From assembly GCA_964403885.1 (NCBI GenBank), contig CAYOHY010000005.1, positions 5,949 to 69,948 on the forward strand: a stretch of DNA of 64,000 nt, given 5' to 3'. The DNA comes from an uncultured Eubacteriales bacterium. Its GTDB lineage: Bacteria > Actinomycetota > Coriobacteriia > Anaerosomatales > PHET01. The notes beneath the pieces are model-generated. The model worked only from the letters and a program-made list of their open reading frames with translations. It did no database searches and was not told the DNA's origin. Shown piece after piece: positions 8,578-18,451 of this stretch. Positions within the stretch are counted from its first letter, which is position 1; every line of letters begins with the position of its first letter. Both the position numbers and the translations under genes were made by a program.

Positions 8578-9369
8578 GTGGGTAAGGAAGGCACGCGTTT
8601 CACTCGCAACCGCTTGGTGTGGGGTGCCGTAGCGGCGCTCGCCTTGGCGGGAGTGATCTTCGCCGCATCCGCACTGTCGAGCCCCTCGAAGTCTGAGCCC
8701 CCCGCGCCATCCAAGCTCTCCGCGCCCATCAGGGCCGAGCAGCTCGCGCGCTCGGCGCAGCAGGCGCTCTCCGAGAACCAGACGGCCACGGCGCTCGCCG
8801 CGGCGAACCAGGCACTCAAGCTCGATCCGCAGAACGCGACCGCACAACAGGTCGTTAACTCGGCCACGACGCCGGAGCCCAGCGAGCCCGCACCGTCGAA
8901 GCCTGCCACCTCCACCACCACCAACACCGCCGCCGACGCCAAGTACCTCAAGCCGGTCAGCGACCTGGGTTCCTTGCTGCCCGCCTCGATCAGCGGATGG
9001 ACGGCCGGGCAGATGGTCAAGGTCAAGCCTGACGCGCTCGTGACGTTCGAGCCCAAGTCATCTACGGCCGCGGCCGGCAAGATCGTGCGCGTGATCTTCA
9101 ACGTGCACGACCAGGGCAGCGCGTCCAAGGCGTCACAGTTCGTGACGCGCGTCGACAAGCGCGCGTACACCAAGAATCAGAGCACCGTGGATGTGGGTGC
9201 GGTCAAGGGAGCGTTCTTTGGCACCGACGGGCGCGGGGTCGCGGTCGTCGCATTCGCCAGAGGCCGCTACGCCTTCGAGCTGATCGTGGCGGTGAAGCCG
9301 GGCACCGCACCCGGCACCCTCAAGCAGCTCGCCACACAGGTCGCGGGCTCGTTCCCGGCAACGAAATAG
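8578..9369 (+). CDS. Membrane-anchored exported protein with TPR-like helical hairpin and P/T-rich linker
   Basis: N-terminal hydrophobic helix, segment ATALAAANQALKLDPQNATA, PEPSEPAPSKPATSTTT linker, alpha/beta C-terminal domain. Confidence 0.75.
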   Translation: MGKEGTRFTRNRLVWGAVAALALAGVIFAASALSSPSKSEPPAPSKLSAPIRAEQLARSAQQALSENQTATALAAANQALKLDPQNATAQQVVNSATTPEPSEPAPSKPATSTTTNTAADAKYLKPVSDLGSLLPASISGWTAGQMVKVKPDALVTFEPKSSTAAAGKIVRVIFNVHDQGSASKASQFVTRVDKRAYTKNQSTVDVGAVKGAFFGTDGRGVAVVAFARGRYAFELIVAVKPGTAPGTLKQLATQVAGSFPATK

Positions 9370-9380
9370 GTGACAGGGCG

Positions 9381-12300
9381 ATGATGTGCTCGCGCAAAGC
9401 TCTCCGACGACTGGTCCAGCTCTCTGTCGCGTGGCTGTTGGTGGTGCCCTCTGTGGCCCTCGCGTCTCCCTACACCCAGCCCGTCGAGATCTTCAGGGAG
9501 ACGTTCGAGACGACGTCGACCGCGTACACGGTGTCGGCCATCCAGTCGTCCTCGCCGGCCAACTGGGAACGCATCACCAAGCGGTTCAAGAACGGTACCC
9601 GCGGACTGTGGTGCGCGGGTACGCTCGCTTCGGCGGTCACGGCGATGAAGTACCCGGCCAAGACCAGCACGTGGGCGCAGTTCGACCTCCCTCAGTTTGC
9701 AGACTACTACCAGCCGAGGGTCGACTTCGCCTACACGATGCCCACGTTGGGGGCGAACGACGCAGAGTCGTTCGTGGTGGCGTGGAGGCAGTCGTCGTCC
9801 GGCACAAACAATATGTTCAACCGGACGCCGTGGCCCAAGACCGGCGCCAGTGCGTGGGTCACCGGCACGGCCGATCTGACCACCGGCACGCAGTCGCTGT
9901 CGCGCTCCTCGGGCAGAATCGCCTTCAAGTTCATCGACATCGACGACACCAACCTCAGCCCTCAGCAGGGCGAGGGTACGACCATCGACGACGTCATCTT
10001 CTCCGGCTGGAAGTACGGTTCCCCGCGCAATCTTGCGTCTTCGGTGGGTACCTCGGCGATCAGACTGGACTGGACGCGTCCGTGGCGTTCGACGGCACAG
10101 ACCTCCACGGAGGAGCGCCCGATCACCTACCGTGTGTGGCGCGCGCCCGGGGGCACCACCACGTGGACCGAGCTCACGGATCCCAATCGCCTGACCGCTG
10201 ATCCGGCGAGCATGACCCTCAGTACGCCGATCATCGGCGAGGGTGTCTCGTACCGCTACTCGGTGCAGGCATGGGACACGGGTGACGGGCAGGGCCTGGG
10301 CCAGGCCTCGTTGACCACCGCCACGGTTCCTGCCGTCCCGCCGGGTGTCACGCTGATCTCGCCTGCGCAGAACTTCATGCTCTCGACCGCGCCCATCCTC
10401 ATCAGCGGAGGCGCGTCGGACACCGGTACCGGCGTCAACAACGTGCAGGTGCGCGTCCGCCGAGCGGACGGCAAGTGCCTCACCACTTTGGGCACCTGGT
10501 CGACCTCGGATGTGTGGTTGCCCACCACGTCGAGCGACGGATACGCCACGTGGTCTCGCACCTGGACGCCGGATGCGGAGACGCTTGCACTGGGTCAGAT
10601 AGTGACCATCACCGCCAAGTCGTTCGACGGCGCCGGGATGTCGGCCACCACGGGCGGCGTCGCCTCGACGGTGCCCATGAGCGCGTCGGTGTCGCTTGCG
10701 GGCGGCGCCCCCTTCACCACGCAGCGCGTCGTGAGCGCGGCGATCTCGGCCGCCGGAGCCACCCCCACCAAGATGCGTTGGAGCGTCGATGGTGCGGCAC
10801 CAAGCGGGTGGGTCAGCTACGCGACCTCGCAATCGGTCGATCTTGGCGCCGGCGATGGCACCAAGACCGTCACGTTCGAGCTGTCCGCCGACGGCGGCAC
10901 CAGTGTCGCCGCCGTGGCTTCTGACTCCATCGTCGTTCACACGAGCGTGCCGCAGGTCGTGCTCGTGACCCCGGCCGACGGCTTCGCCCTGACGTCGGGC
11001 GCGGTCGCGATCGACGCGAGCGCCACCGACGCCGGAGGGTCGATCCAGTCGGTCCAGGTGCGCGTGCGACGCAGCAGCGGTACCTCGTGGGACGGCTCGA
11101 GCTGGGTGGCGGCCGACACGTGGCTTCCCGCTAGCTTCAACGCCGCCACCTCCACCTGGAACTGCGCGTGGACGCCTGACGCGACGGTGATCGCCGCAGG
11201 CGAGATCGTCTCGGTGGTCGCGCGTGCCGTCGATGGAGCCGGCCTGGTGGGTACCAGCCCTGCTGCATCCTCGGCCACGCCGCTCGCAGCGTCGTTGTCG
11301 CTCGACGGTGGCGCCGCGGTGAGCACCGACCTCGACGTGCTCGCCTCGATCGTCGCGACGGGCTCGCCCACGTCGATGCGGTGGCGCGTGAACGGCGGCT
11401 CCTATGGCGCCCCTCAGCCGTTCGCATCGAGTGTCTCGGTGGCCCTGCCTGCGGGCGACGGCACCAAGACCGTTGAGTTCGAGCTCACCGGACCCGGTGG
11501 TGTGGTGACCGCGTCCGACACGATCATGGTCCACACGAGCGTCCCCGCTGTGTCGGTGTCGACGCCTCCGGGCGGCTTTGCGCTCAAGTCGGGCACCACG
11601 CACATCACCGGCACCGCGACCGATGCCGGCGGCTCGATCTCGGCTGTGGACGTGCTCATCAGGCGCGCCGACGGCCTGTGCTGGAACGGCAGCGGGTGGG
11701 TTGTGACTGAGACGTGGCTGGCGGCCTCGACCGCCAACGGCTACGCGGCGTGGTCCTACGACTGGACGCCGGCAGCTGGCGATATCGCCGCCGGCAAGAT
11801 CGTCACGGTCAGCGCGCGTGCGTTCGACGCATACGGCCTCTCAAGCACGACGACCGGTGTCTCCTCGGCGGTGCCGGTCTCGGCCTCGATCGCACTTGCG
11901 GGCGGCGCGCCCTTCTCGGGTTCTGCGACGATCCCTGTGGCGATCTCGGCGGTGGGGGCCACGCACATGCGGCACAGTGCCGATGGCGGCCCCATGTCGT
12001 CGTGGGTGGCCTTCAGCAGCGCCTCGACCGTCACCGTGACTCCGGCCGATGGCGTCAAGACCGTGACCTTCGAGTTCTCCTCGGATGGCGGCACGACCGT
12101 TGCGGCTACCGCCTCCGATGACATCGTGGTCGACGGGTCCATCCCGGTGGTCGCGATCACGGCGCCGCAAGCGCAGTTCCTCACCACGGCGACGCCCGTG
12201 ATCCAGGGAACGGCCACCGATACCGTCTCCGGCGTGAGCGGCGTGAAGGTGCGGATCAGCAGCAATGGCGAGTACTTCAACGGCATCGCGTGGCAGCCTG

Positions 12301-13079
12301 AGGCGTTCGACCTCACAGCCACCTCTGACGACGGCTTTGCCACGTGGCGTGTGCTGACCGTTCCGTCGGGCCCGGCGCTTCCGTGGCTGCCGATGACGGT
12401 TCAGGCCACGGCGGTTGACGCCGTGGGCAACTCGGCGGTATCGGGCTCCGTGGTCTCTAACGACCCGCTGGATCCGGCGGCGCTCAGTGTCGCCGTGTCT
12501 CGGACCACAGTGCTGTACGCGGGGAGCGCCAGCGTCACCGGTACCCTGACCGTGCTGTCAGGCGCCTCCGCAGTGGGTCGCGCGGTGGACCTGCAGTACC
12601 TCTCCGGCACCACGTGGACGCGCCTCGCGAGCGCTACGACCACGGCCTCGGGTCGCGTGACCTTCACCGTGAAGCCGGCGTCCAAGACGTCGTATCGGCT
12701 CGTGTGCGTCGCCCCCGGGCTCCAGCAGGTCGCGAGCGGCATCGTCGCGGTCACGCCGGGTGTCTCGGTGACGGTGCCCACCAAGCCTTCCGTGGCCTAC
12801 CGCAACCGGGCGTTCACATCAGTGGTCACGCTCAAGCCGCGACACACCGTGGGCACCTATCCCGTGAACATCCAGTGCTACCGACTGGAGAGCGGCAAGT
12901 GGGTGCTGCGAAAGACGGTCAAGGCCAAGGCGACCTACAGCTCGACCACCTACACCCGGTGCAGCGGCGCCGTGGCGCTGCCCTATACCGGTACGTGGAA
13001 GGTCCGCGCCGTCGCGGTGGCCGATTCCGCACATGCGGCGACAACCGGCACGTTCAGCGCGAACTTCTCGGTGAGGTAG
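9381..13079 (+). CDS. Large secreted surface protein with FN3 and tandem Ig-like (Big) repeats
   Basis: Signal peptide, FN3-like segment (PRNL..., LDW, YRVWR, YRYSVQAWD) and repeated ~200-aa beta-rich units. Confidence 0.85.
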   Translation: MMCSRKALRRLVQLSVAWLLVVPSVALASPYTQPVEIFRETFETTSTAYTVSAIQSSSPANWERITKRFKNGTRGLWCAGTLASAVTAMKYPAKTSTWAQFDLPQFADYYQPRVDFAYTMPTLGANDAESFVVAWRQSSSGTNNMFNRTPWPKTGASAWVTGTADLTTGTQSLSRSSGRIAFKFIDIDDTNLSPQQGEGTTIDDVIFSGWKYGSPRNLASSVGTSAIRLDWTRPWRSTAQTSTEERPITYRVWRAPGGTTTWTELTDPNRLTADPASMTLSTPIIGEGVSYRYSVQAWDTGDGQGLGQASLTTATVPAVPPGVTLISPAQNFMLSTAPILISGGASDTGTGVNNVQVRVRRADGKCLTTLGTWSTSDVWLPTTSSDGYATWSRTWTPDAETLALGQIVTITAKSFDGAGMSATTGGVASTVPMSASVSLAGGAPFTTQRVVSAAISAAGATPTKMRWSVDGAAPSGWVSYATSQSVDLGAGDGTKTVTFELSADGGTSVAAVASDSIVVHTSVPQVVLVTPADGFALTSGAVAIDASATDAGGSIQSVQVRVRRSSGTSWDGSSWVAADTWLPASFNAATSTWNCAWTPDATVIAAGEIVSVVARAVDGAGLVGTSPAASSATPLAASLSLDGGAAVSTDLDVLASIVATGSPTSMRWRVNGGSYGAPQPFASSVSVALPAGDGTKTVEFELTGPGGVVTASDTIMVHTSVPAVSVSTPPGGFALKSGTTHITGTATDAGGSISAVDVLIRRADGLCWNGSGWVVTETWLAASTANGYAAWSYDWTPAAGDIAAGKIVTVSARAFDAYGLSSTTTGVSSAVPVSASIALAGGAPFSGSATIPVAISAVGATHMRHSADGGPMSSWVAFSSASTVTVTPADGVKTVTFEFSSDGGTTVAATASDDIVVDGSIPVVAITAPQAQFLTTATPVIQGTATDTVSGVSGVKVRISSNGEYFNGIAWQPEAFDLTATSDDGFATWRVLTVPSGPALPWLPMTVQATAVDAVGNSAVSGSVVSNDPLDPAALSVAVSRTTVLYAGSASVTGTLTVLSGASAVGRAVDLQYLSGTTWTRLASATTTASGRVTFTVKPASKTSYRLVCVAPGLQQVASGIVAVTPGVSVTVPTKPSVAYRNRAFTSVVTLKPRHTVGTYPVNIQCYRLESGKWVLRKTVKAKATYSSTTYTRCSGAVALPYTGTWKVRAVAVADSAHAATTGTFSANFSVR
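10340..12470 (+). repeat. Intragenic tandem repeat, about 3.5 units of ~600 nt
   Basis: Recurrent motifs: ASD.GG.I..V.V..RR.DG..W.G..W, GYA.WS..WTPD, AS..LAGGAPF, GDG.KTV.FE. Unit starts near 10340, 10945, 11540 and 12140. Boundaries are approximate. Confidence 0.75.
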
Positions 13080-13108
13080 CGCGACCGACTCGCGGGGCAC
13101 GCGAAGGG

Positions 13109-14203
13109 CTACGGCACGATGTAGACCTGCGTGCCGATCTCGACGCGGTCGTAGAGGTCCTCGATGTCGTGCCGCACCATGCGCATGCAGCCGTGGCTCG
13201 CGGCCGAGCCGATCGACCCGATGTTGTTGGTGCCGTGGAAGCGGATACCCGACGCGCTCAGGTTCAGCGCGCGTGTGCCCAGGGGGTTGTCGGGTCCGGG
13301 CGGGATGAACGGCGGCATCGTCTTGGCCCACTCGCTGCCGGGGTTGACCCACGTGGGCCGATACCGCTTCGCCACGATCTCGAAGTGGCCCTTGGGTGTG
13401 GGGTGGGCCGGGGTGCCGATCGCGCACGCGTAGGTCTTCTCGATGACGGCGCCCTTGAACAGGCGGATGCGGCGCTCGGAGAGATCCACCACGATGGTCT
13501 TGCCAAAGCTCTTCGCGGTCACCTTGGCGGGAACCACTGCCACCGGTGCCTCAAGGGTCTTCTCGGAGGCAGCGAGAGCGCCGTCACCGCTGAACGCTTC
13601 CGTGATGAGCGCGACGGTCTCGGTCGCATCGGTCCTGCGGCCCGTTGATTCGGGCGTGATCTTCACTCGGTTCACGTCGACGGCGAGCGTCGCGTCGACG
13701 GCGCGGCGGTCGACCTGTGCAGCCTGTGATGCGACCCACTTCTTGACTGCGGCCTGGTCGACGGTGAAGGCCGGCTCGATCTCGGTAGTCAGGGGCGCAC
13801 CCGTCACGGCGTGGCCGACGCGATCCAGATAGGCGGCGGTGCGACGCGGCGCGTAGGCGGCGTCGATCATCCCGTTCACGTCGACGGCGACCGCACCCGC
13901 GGGGTCGAACGTCAGGTTCCTGCCGTCCATGGTCACGGTGACCGGACGCATCAACGGTGCGGACACCGCGGACTCGATCGCCGTGCGCGCCTCGGCCTCG
14001 GTCATGCCTGAGAGGTCGGTTCCAGCCACCGACACGCCCTGGGGAACGATGCCCCGCTCGGTGTAGTCGTAGACGGCGGCCCATGCCATCGAGGCCGAGA
14101 GCGCGAGCAGCATCGTCGCGAGCACGACGAGCATGATCCGTTGCCCGGTACCTGGAGCCTTCACAAAAGTGCCTCTCGCGTAATCAAACGGTGCGTCCGA
14201 CAT
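13109..14203 (-). CDS. L,D-transpeptidase (YkuD domain) with peptidoglycan-binding region
   Basis: IVVDLSERR, NPLGTRAL, IRFHGT...IGSAASHGCMRM. N-terminal TM helix. Confidence 0.92.
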   Translation of the reverse strand: MSDAPFDYARGTFVKAPGTGQRIMLVVLATMLLALSASMAWAAVYDYTERGIVPQGVSVAGTDLSGMTEAEARTAIESAVSAPLMRPVTVTMDGRNLTFDPAGAVAVDVNGMIDAAYAPRRTAAYLDRVGHAVTGAPLTTEIEPAFTVDQAAVKKWVASQAAQVDRRAVDATLAVDVNRVKITPESTGRRTDATETVALITEAFSGDGALAASEKTLEAPVAVVPAKVTAKSFGKTIVVDLSERRIRLFKGAVIEKTYACAIGTPAHPTPKGHFEIVAKRYRPTWVNPGSEWAKTMPPFIPPGPDNPLGTRALNLSASGIRFHGTNNIGSIGSAASHGCMRMVRHDIEDLYDRVEIGTQVYIVP

Positions 14204-14274
14204 ACTATTATAGGCACGGCACCTCCTTTGCCCGCTACCGCGGGCGCCGGCGGGTGTCGGGGTAAGGGGGACGG

Positions 14275-15120
14275 GTGATCGAGGCGGAACCCGCGCACGC
14301 CAGCCGCGGCAGCATCGATAGGCTCATAGCGAAGATCAACGAGACGCGCGGTATCGACCTCTCTCAGTACCGTATCGCCTACGTCGAGCGGCGCCTCGCT
14401 GCGCGCATGCGCACGCTTGATGTGCGCACCTACCGCCAGTATGCCGACCTGCTCGAGTCGGACCCCGACGAATTCGCCAAGATGCTCGACACCCTCACGA
14501 TCAACGTCACCGACTTCTTCCGCGACGGTGTCATGTGGGAGTCCCTGCGCAACAACGTGCTTCCCTCGCTGGTCGAGGCGAAGCGCGCGGGACGCAACCG
14601 CACCATCCGCCTCTGGTCCGCAGGCTGTGCCACCGGCGAGGAGGCGTACTCGCTCGCGATGATGATGCTCGACCATCTGGGTCCCGAGGCATCGCGCTAT
14701 CTCATCTCCGTGTTAGCAACCGACCTTGACCCCATCGCGCTCAAGAAGGCCGAGGCGGGCGTCTATCACGTGGATCGCCTCAAGCGCATTTCGCCAAGCT
14801 ATCAGGTACGATTCACGCGAAGCGTGAGCGACACACAGTTCGAGATCAGACCCGAGGTCAAGCGGATGGTCAGGTTCAGGCGGATGAGCCTGTTCGACCC
14901 AACGCCGGTCAGGGTCATCGATCTCATCTTGTGCCGCAACGTGTTCATCTATTTCGATCGCGAACAGCAGGCCCGGGTGCTCGACAACTTCTGGGACTCC
15001 CTCAGCCGTGGCGGGTACCTCGTGCTCGGCCGGAGTGAGAAGTTGTCGCCGGACATGTCCGCCCGGCTCGAATCGGTTGACGGCAAGGAACGCATCTATC
15101 GCAAGCCGGCCCGCCCGTAG
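14275..15120 (+). CDS. cheR: Chemotaxis protein-glutamate methyltransferase
   Basis: [44 protein letters not shown]. Confidence 0.96.
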   Translation: MIEAEPAHASRGSIDRLIAKINETRGIDLSQYRIAYVERRLAARMRTLDVRTYRQYADLLESDPDEFAKMLDTLTINVTDFFRDGVMWESLRNNVLPSLVEAKRAGRNRTIRLWSAGCATGEEAYSLAMMMLDHLGPEASRYLISVLATDLDPIALKKAEAGVYHVDRLKRISPSYQVRFTRSVSDTQFEIRPEVKRMVRFRRMSLFDPTPVRVIDLILCRNVFIYFDREQQARVLDNFWDSLSRGGYLVLGRSEKLSPDMSARLESVDGKERIYRKPARP

Positions 15121-15161
15121 GGTCGACACCCGACCCGCTGGGTCGGCGAGGGGAGTCTCGT

Positions 15162-16484
15162 ATGACGCAGGAGCACCGCCACAGTGCAATGAGGCACGGT
15201 CTGTCGTCGACGTTCACGGTCCTCACGTGGATGACCATCGGACCGCCTGTGTTGCTCGGCCTCGTCGCCACGGCCTTCTTCGCCGAGCGGTGGCTGGATC
15301 TGTCCTGGGGTCAGATGGCGCCGGTGATCGGTTTCGGTGCTGTCGCGATGCTCGTGATGGCCCCGGTCGGAACGCTCGCGTGGCGCTGGCAGTTCAAGTC
15401 ACGCATCCTCAGGCCGCTTCGCGATCTGGGCGGCGTGATGATCGAGGCCGGCAAGGGTGACCTGACGCAGCGTGCGGACATCCATCGCGACGACGAGATC
15501 GGCATGCTCGCCAACGAGTGCAACATGCTCGTCGCATCCCTGGGCACCATCGCCAACCAGGTCCGCCGTTCCGCCGAGAGTGTCTCGGCCGCCGCATCGC
15601 AGCTGTCGGCGTCTTCGCAAGAGATCAACTCGTCCACCATCGAGATCTCGAGCTCGGTGCAGCAGATCGCGCACGGTGCCGAGCTGCAGTCGCGCAAGGT
15701 CGACGAGACCAGCCGCTCGATGGAGATCATCGCAGGCACGACCCGCGAGGTCGCCGTCAAGGCCCGCGACGCCGCGTTCACGAGCGACGAGGCCTTGAGT
15801 GTCGCTCGACACGGCGAGGAGGCGACCACACAGGCCATCGTCAAGATCGCCGAGGTGCAGCAGGCCATCGAGACCCTCGCCGAGTCGGTCGAGGTCCTCG
15901 GCCAGCGCAGCGAGAAGATCGGCGGCATCGTCGACGTCATCACCTCGATCGCGGACCAGACCAACCTGCTCTCACTCAACGCCGCCATCGAGGCGGCCCG
16001 TGCCGGCGAGTCCGGCCGCGGCTTCTCGGTGGTCGCCGAGGAGGTCCGCAAGCTCGCCGAAGGCTCCGGGCGTGCCGCCGAGCAGATCGGCGACCTCATC
16101 CGCGAGGTCCAGGCCGAGACCGCCAAGGCGCTGCGCTACATGGAGATCGGCACGCGCGAGGTCGAGGTGGGCAGCGAGGTCGTAGGCCGCACAAGCGATG
16201 CGCTGCGCCTCATCACCGACGCCGTCACGCGAACGTCCACGCTCGCCAGCGAGATCAACAAGTCAATGCAGGCGCAGTCGGAGCGCACCGCCGAGGTCGA
16301 CCGAGCGATGCATGAGATCGCTGCGGTGGTCGAGGAGAACGCCGCGTCCGCCGAGGAGACCGCCGCCGCGGCCGAGGAGCAGACCGCCTGCATGGAGGAG
16401 ATCACCGCATCCGCACAGGACCTGTCGGATATGGCAGAACGCCTGGATGATGCGGTCCACCGCTTCAAGACAGAAGAGGGATAG
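15162..16484 (+). CDS. Methyl-accepting chemotaxis protein (2 TM, HAMP, signalling domain)
   Basis: GDLT....DEIG HAMP motif and [37 protein letters not shown]. Confidence 0.96.
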   Translation: MTQEHRHSAMRHGLSSTFTVLTWMTIGPPVLLGLVATAFFAERWLDLSWGQMAPVIGFGAVAMLVMAPVGTLAWRWQFKSRILRPLRDLGGVMIEAGKGDLTQRADIHRDDEIGMLANECNMLVASLGTIANQVRRSAESVSAAASQLSASSQEINSSTIEISSSVQQIAHGAELQSRKVDETSRSMEIIAGTTREVAVKARDAAFTSDEALSVARHGEEATTQAIVKIAEVQQAIETLAESVEVLGQRSEKIGGIVDVITSIADQTNLLSLNAAIEAARAGESGRGFSVVAEEVRKLAEGSGRAAEQIGDLIREVQAETAKALRYMEIGTREVEVGSEVVGRTSDALRLITDAVTRTSTLASEINKSMQAQSERTAEVDRAMHEIAAVVEENAASAEETAAAAEEQTACMEEITASAQDLSDMAERLDDAVHRFKTEEG

Positions 16485-16488
16485 GACG

Positions 16489-16977
16489 GTGGGCGAGTCC
16501 AAGGGCGCGAGCTACGTGGTGTTCCGCCTCGGCTCCGAGGAGTACGGGCTTCCCGTGGGCGCCGTCAACAGCATCATTCGGTACGAGGATGCGACGCCCG
16601 TCCCGCGGGCACCCGCTTCCGTGCTTGGCGTGATCAACCTTCGGGGGCGCGTCGTTCCGGTGATCGACCTGCTGTACCGATTCTCGGGCAAGCGTTTCGA
16701 GCCGCGCCCCATGTCGCGCATCGTGGTGGCCGAGGGGCGGACCGGCCCTGTGGGTGTCGTCGTGGACGCTGCCCACGAGGTCGCGCAGTTCTCCGAGGAG
16801 TCGTTTTGTGAGGTGCCCGAAGGGGTGCTGAGCCCGGAGACCGCCCGCGCCTTCACCGGTGTGGTCGAGCGCGACGGGTCTTTGGTCATACTGCTCGATC
16901 TCGATGAAGCAGTCCCGCGCGTCGAACTCGGCGCTTCGAACCCCGATGCATACGAGGAAGGGGAGACGGATGTCTAA
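16489..16977 (+). CDS. cheW: Chemotaxis adaptor
   Basis: YVVFRLGSEEYG, VPRAP..VLGVINLRGRVVPVIDL. Confidence 0.93.
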   Translation: MGESKGASYVVFRLGSEEYGLPVGAVNSIIRYEDATPVPRAPASVLGVINLRGRVVPVIDLLYRFSGKRFEPRPMSRIVVAEGRTGPVGVVVDAAHEVAQFSEESFCEVPEGVLSPETARAFTGVVERDGSLVILLDLDEAVPRVELGASNPDAYEEGETDV

Positions 16978-17341
16978 GACCGTGCTCGTGGTCGACGACG
17001 CCGCTTTCATGAGGATGATGATTCGAGACATCCTGGCGAAGGAAGGCTACGTGATCCACGAGGCCGTCAACGGCCGTGACGCCGTTGAGAAGTACGCGGA
17101 GCTGAAACCCGACCTCGTCACCATGGATATCACGATGCCCGAGGTCGACGGCATCTCGGCGCTGCGGTCGATCAGAGAGGCGGATCCGGGCGCGCGCGTG
17201 CTCATGGTGAGCGCCATGGGCCAGCAGAAGATGATCGTCGAGGCCCTCGAGGCCGGCGCACTGGACTTCCTGGTAAAGCCCTTCCAGCCAACCAAGGTGC
17301 TCGAGACGGTCAAGAAGTGCCTCGACGCGTCCGCCGGATAG
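16970..17341 (+). CDS. cheY: Single-domain response regulator
   Basis: VLVVDDAAFMRMMI, PDLVTMDITMPEVDG, SAMGQ, FLVKPF (B. subtilis/Thermotoga CheY type). Confidence 0.93.
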   Translation: MSKTVLVVDDAAFMRMMIRDILAKEGYVIHEAVNGRDAVEKYAELKPDLVTMDITMPEVDGISALRSIREADPGARVLMVSAMGQQKMIVEALEAGALDFLVKPFQPTKVLETVKKCLDASAG

Positions 17342-17353
17342 GGTTCTCACGTC

Positions 17354-18451
17354 ATGCCATCCACGATCCGCGTGCTCGTTGTCGACGACTCGGCGCTCAT
17401 CAGGCAGATGCTCACGCGAGCGCTGTCGATGGATCCGCGCATCGAGATCGTCGGCACAGCCAAGACCGGCGTGGAGGCTATCGAGCGTGCCCGTGAACTC
17501 GACCCCGACGTGGTGACGCTCGACATCGAGATGCCTGAGCTGACAGGGCTTGAGGCGCTGCCGCACATCTGCCGTCACACCCGCGCGCGCGTGGTCATGC
17601 TCTCGTCGCTCGATGATCCCGATACCACCTATCGAGCGCTGTCATCGGGCGCGGTGGACTTCATCCCCAAGCCCAGCACGGGCATGGCGAGCTCGCTGGC
17701 TGAGCTCACGGACACACTGCTCAAGAAGATCAAGACCGCCAACCGCATCAGCCCCGATCGCGCCGCCGCCATACGTGGCGAGCTCGAGGCTCCGGCTGCG
17801 CAGCTGCGCGATGTGTCGGCTGGCGAGGTGACCCGTCCTCTGCCGGCTACTGCAGGGCCCATCTCATCGGTGGTCGCTATCGCGGCTTCCACCGGCGGCC
17901 CGCCTGCGCTCGAACGCGTCATGGCCGGCCTGAGCGCGAGCATGGGTGCCACCTACCTGATCCTGCAACACCTCCCCAAGGGGTTCTCGGCGTCACTTGC
18001 CAGGCGACTGAACACGGTGGGCGACTTGACCGTTGTCGAGGCCGAGGACGGCATGCCGCTTGAGCCCGGGAGAGGCTACCTGGCCCCCTACGGTCGCCAC
18101 ATGGTTGTCGATCGCTCAAGCGGCGTGGGATGCATCGCGTTCGTGGACGCGCCGCCGCTGCACGGTGTTCGCCCCGCGGCCGATGTCTTGTTCGACAGCG
18201 TGGCCTCGGCCTATCACGATCGCGCGGTGGCGGTCGTGCTGACGGGCATGGGGGCCGATGGGGCGCTCGGCGCCCGCAAGATCCGCGACGCCGGGGGAGA
18301 GGTCGTGGTCCAGGACGAGCCCACGAGCGTCGTCTGGGGCATGCCCGGCGCAGCGATTCGCGAGGGCGCGTCTTCGCGGGTGGTCCCTTTGGGGCTGGTG
18401 GCCGCGGAGATTCGCCGCGCGGTGAGGATGCGGGCCGGTGATTCCTCATGA
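17354..18451 (+). CDS. cheB: Chemotaxis methylesterase (REC + CheB domain)
   Basis: REC domain, AASTGGP, ILQHLP, RPAADVLF, VLTGMGADG. Confidence 0.96.
   Translation: MPSTIRVLVVDDSALIRQMLTRALSMDPRIEIVGTAKTGVEAIERARELDPDVVTLDIEMPELTGLEALPHICRHTRARVVMLSSLDDPDTTYRALSSGAVDFIPKPSTGMASSLAELTDTLLKKIKTANRISPDRAAAIRGELEAPAAQLRDVSAGEVTRPLPATAGPISSVVAIAASTGGPPALERVMAGLSASMGATYLILQHLPKGFSASLARRLNTVGDLTVVEAEDGMPLEPGRGYLAPYGRHMVVDRSSGVGCIAFVDAPPLHGVRPAADVLFDSVASAYHDRAVAVVLTGMGADGALGARKIRDAGGEVVVQDEPTSVVWGMPGAAIREGASSRVVPLGLVAAEIRRAVRMRAGDSS

Noticed and set aside
10340-12470. CRISPR-like or mobile repeat
   Set aside because: The repeats are long, degenerate, in-frame protein domain repeats. No short spacer-separated repeats or cas genes were seen anywhere in the window.
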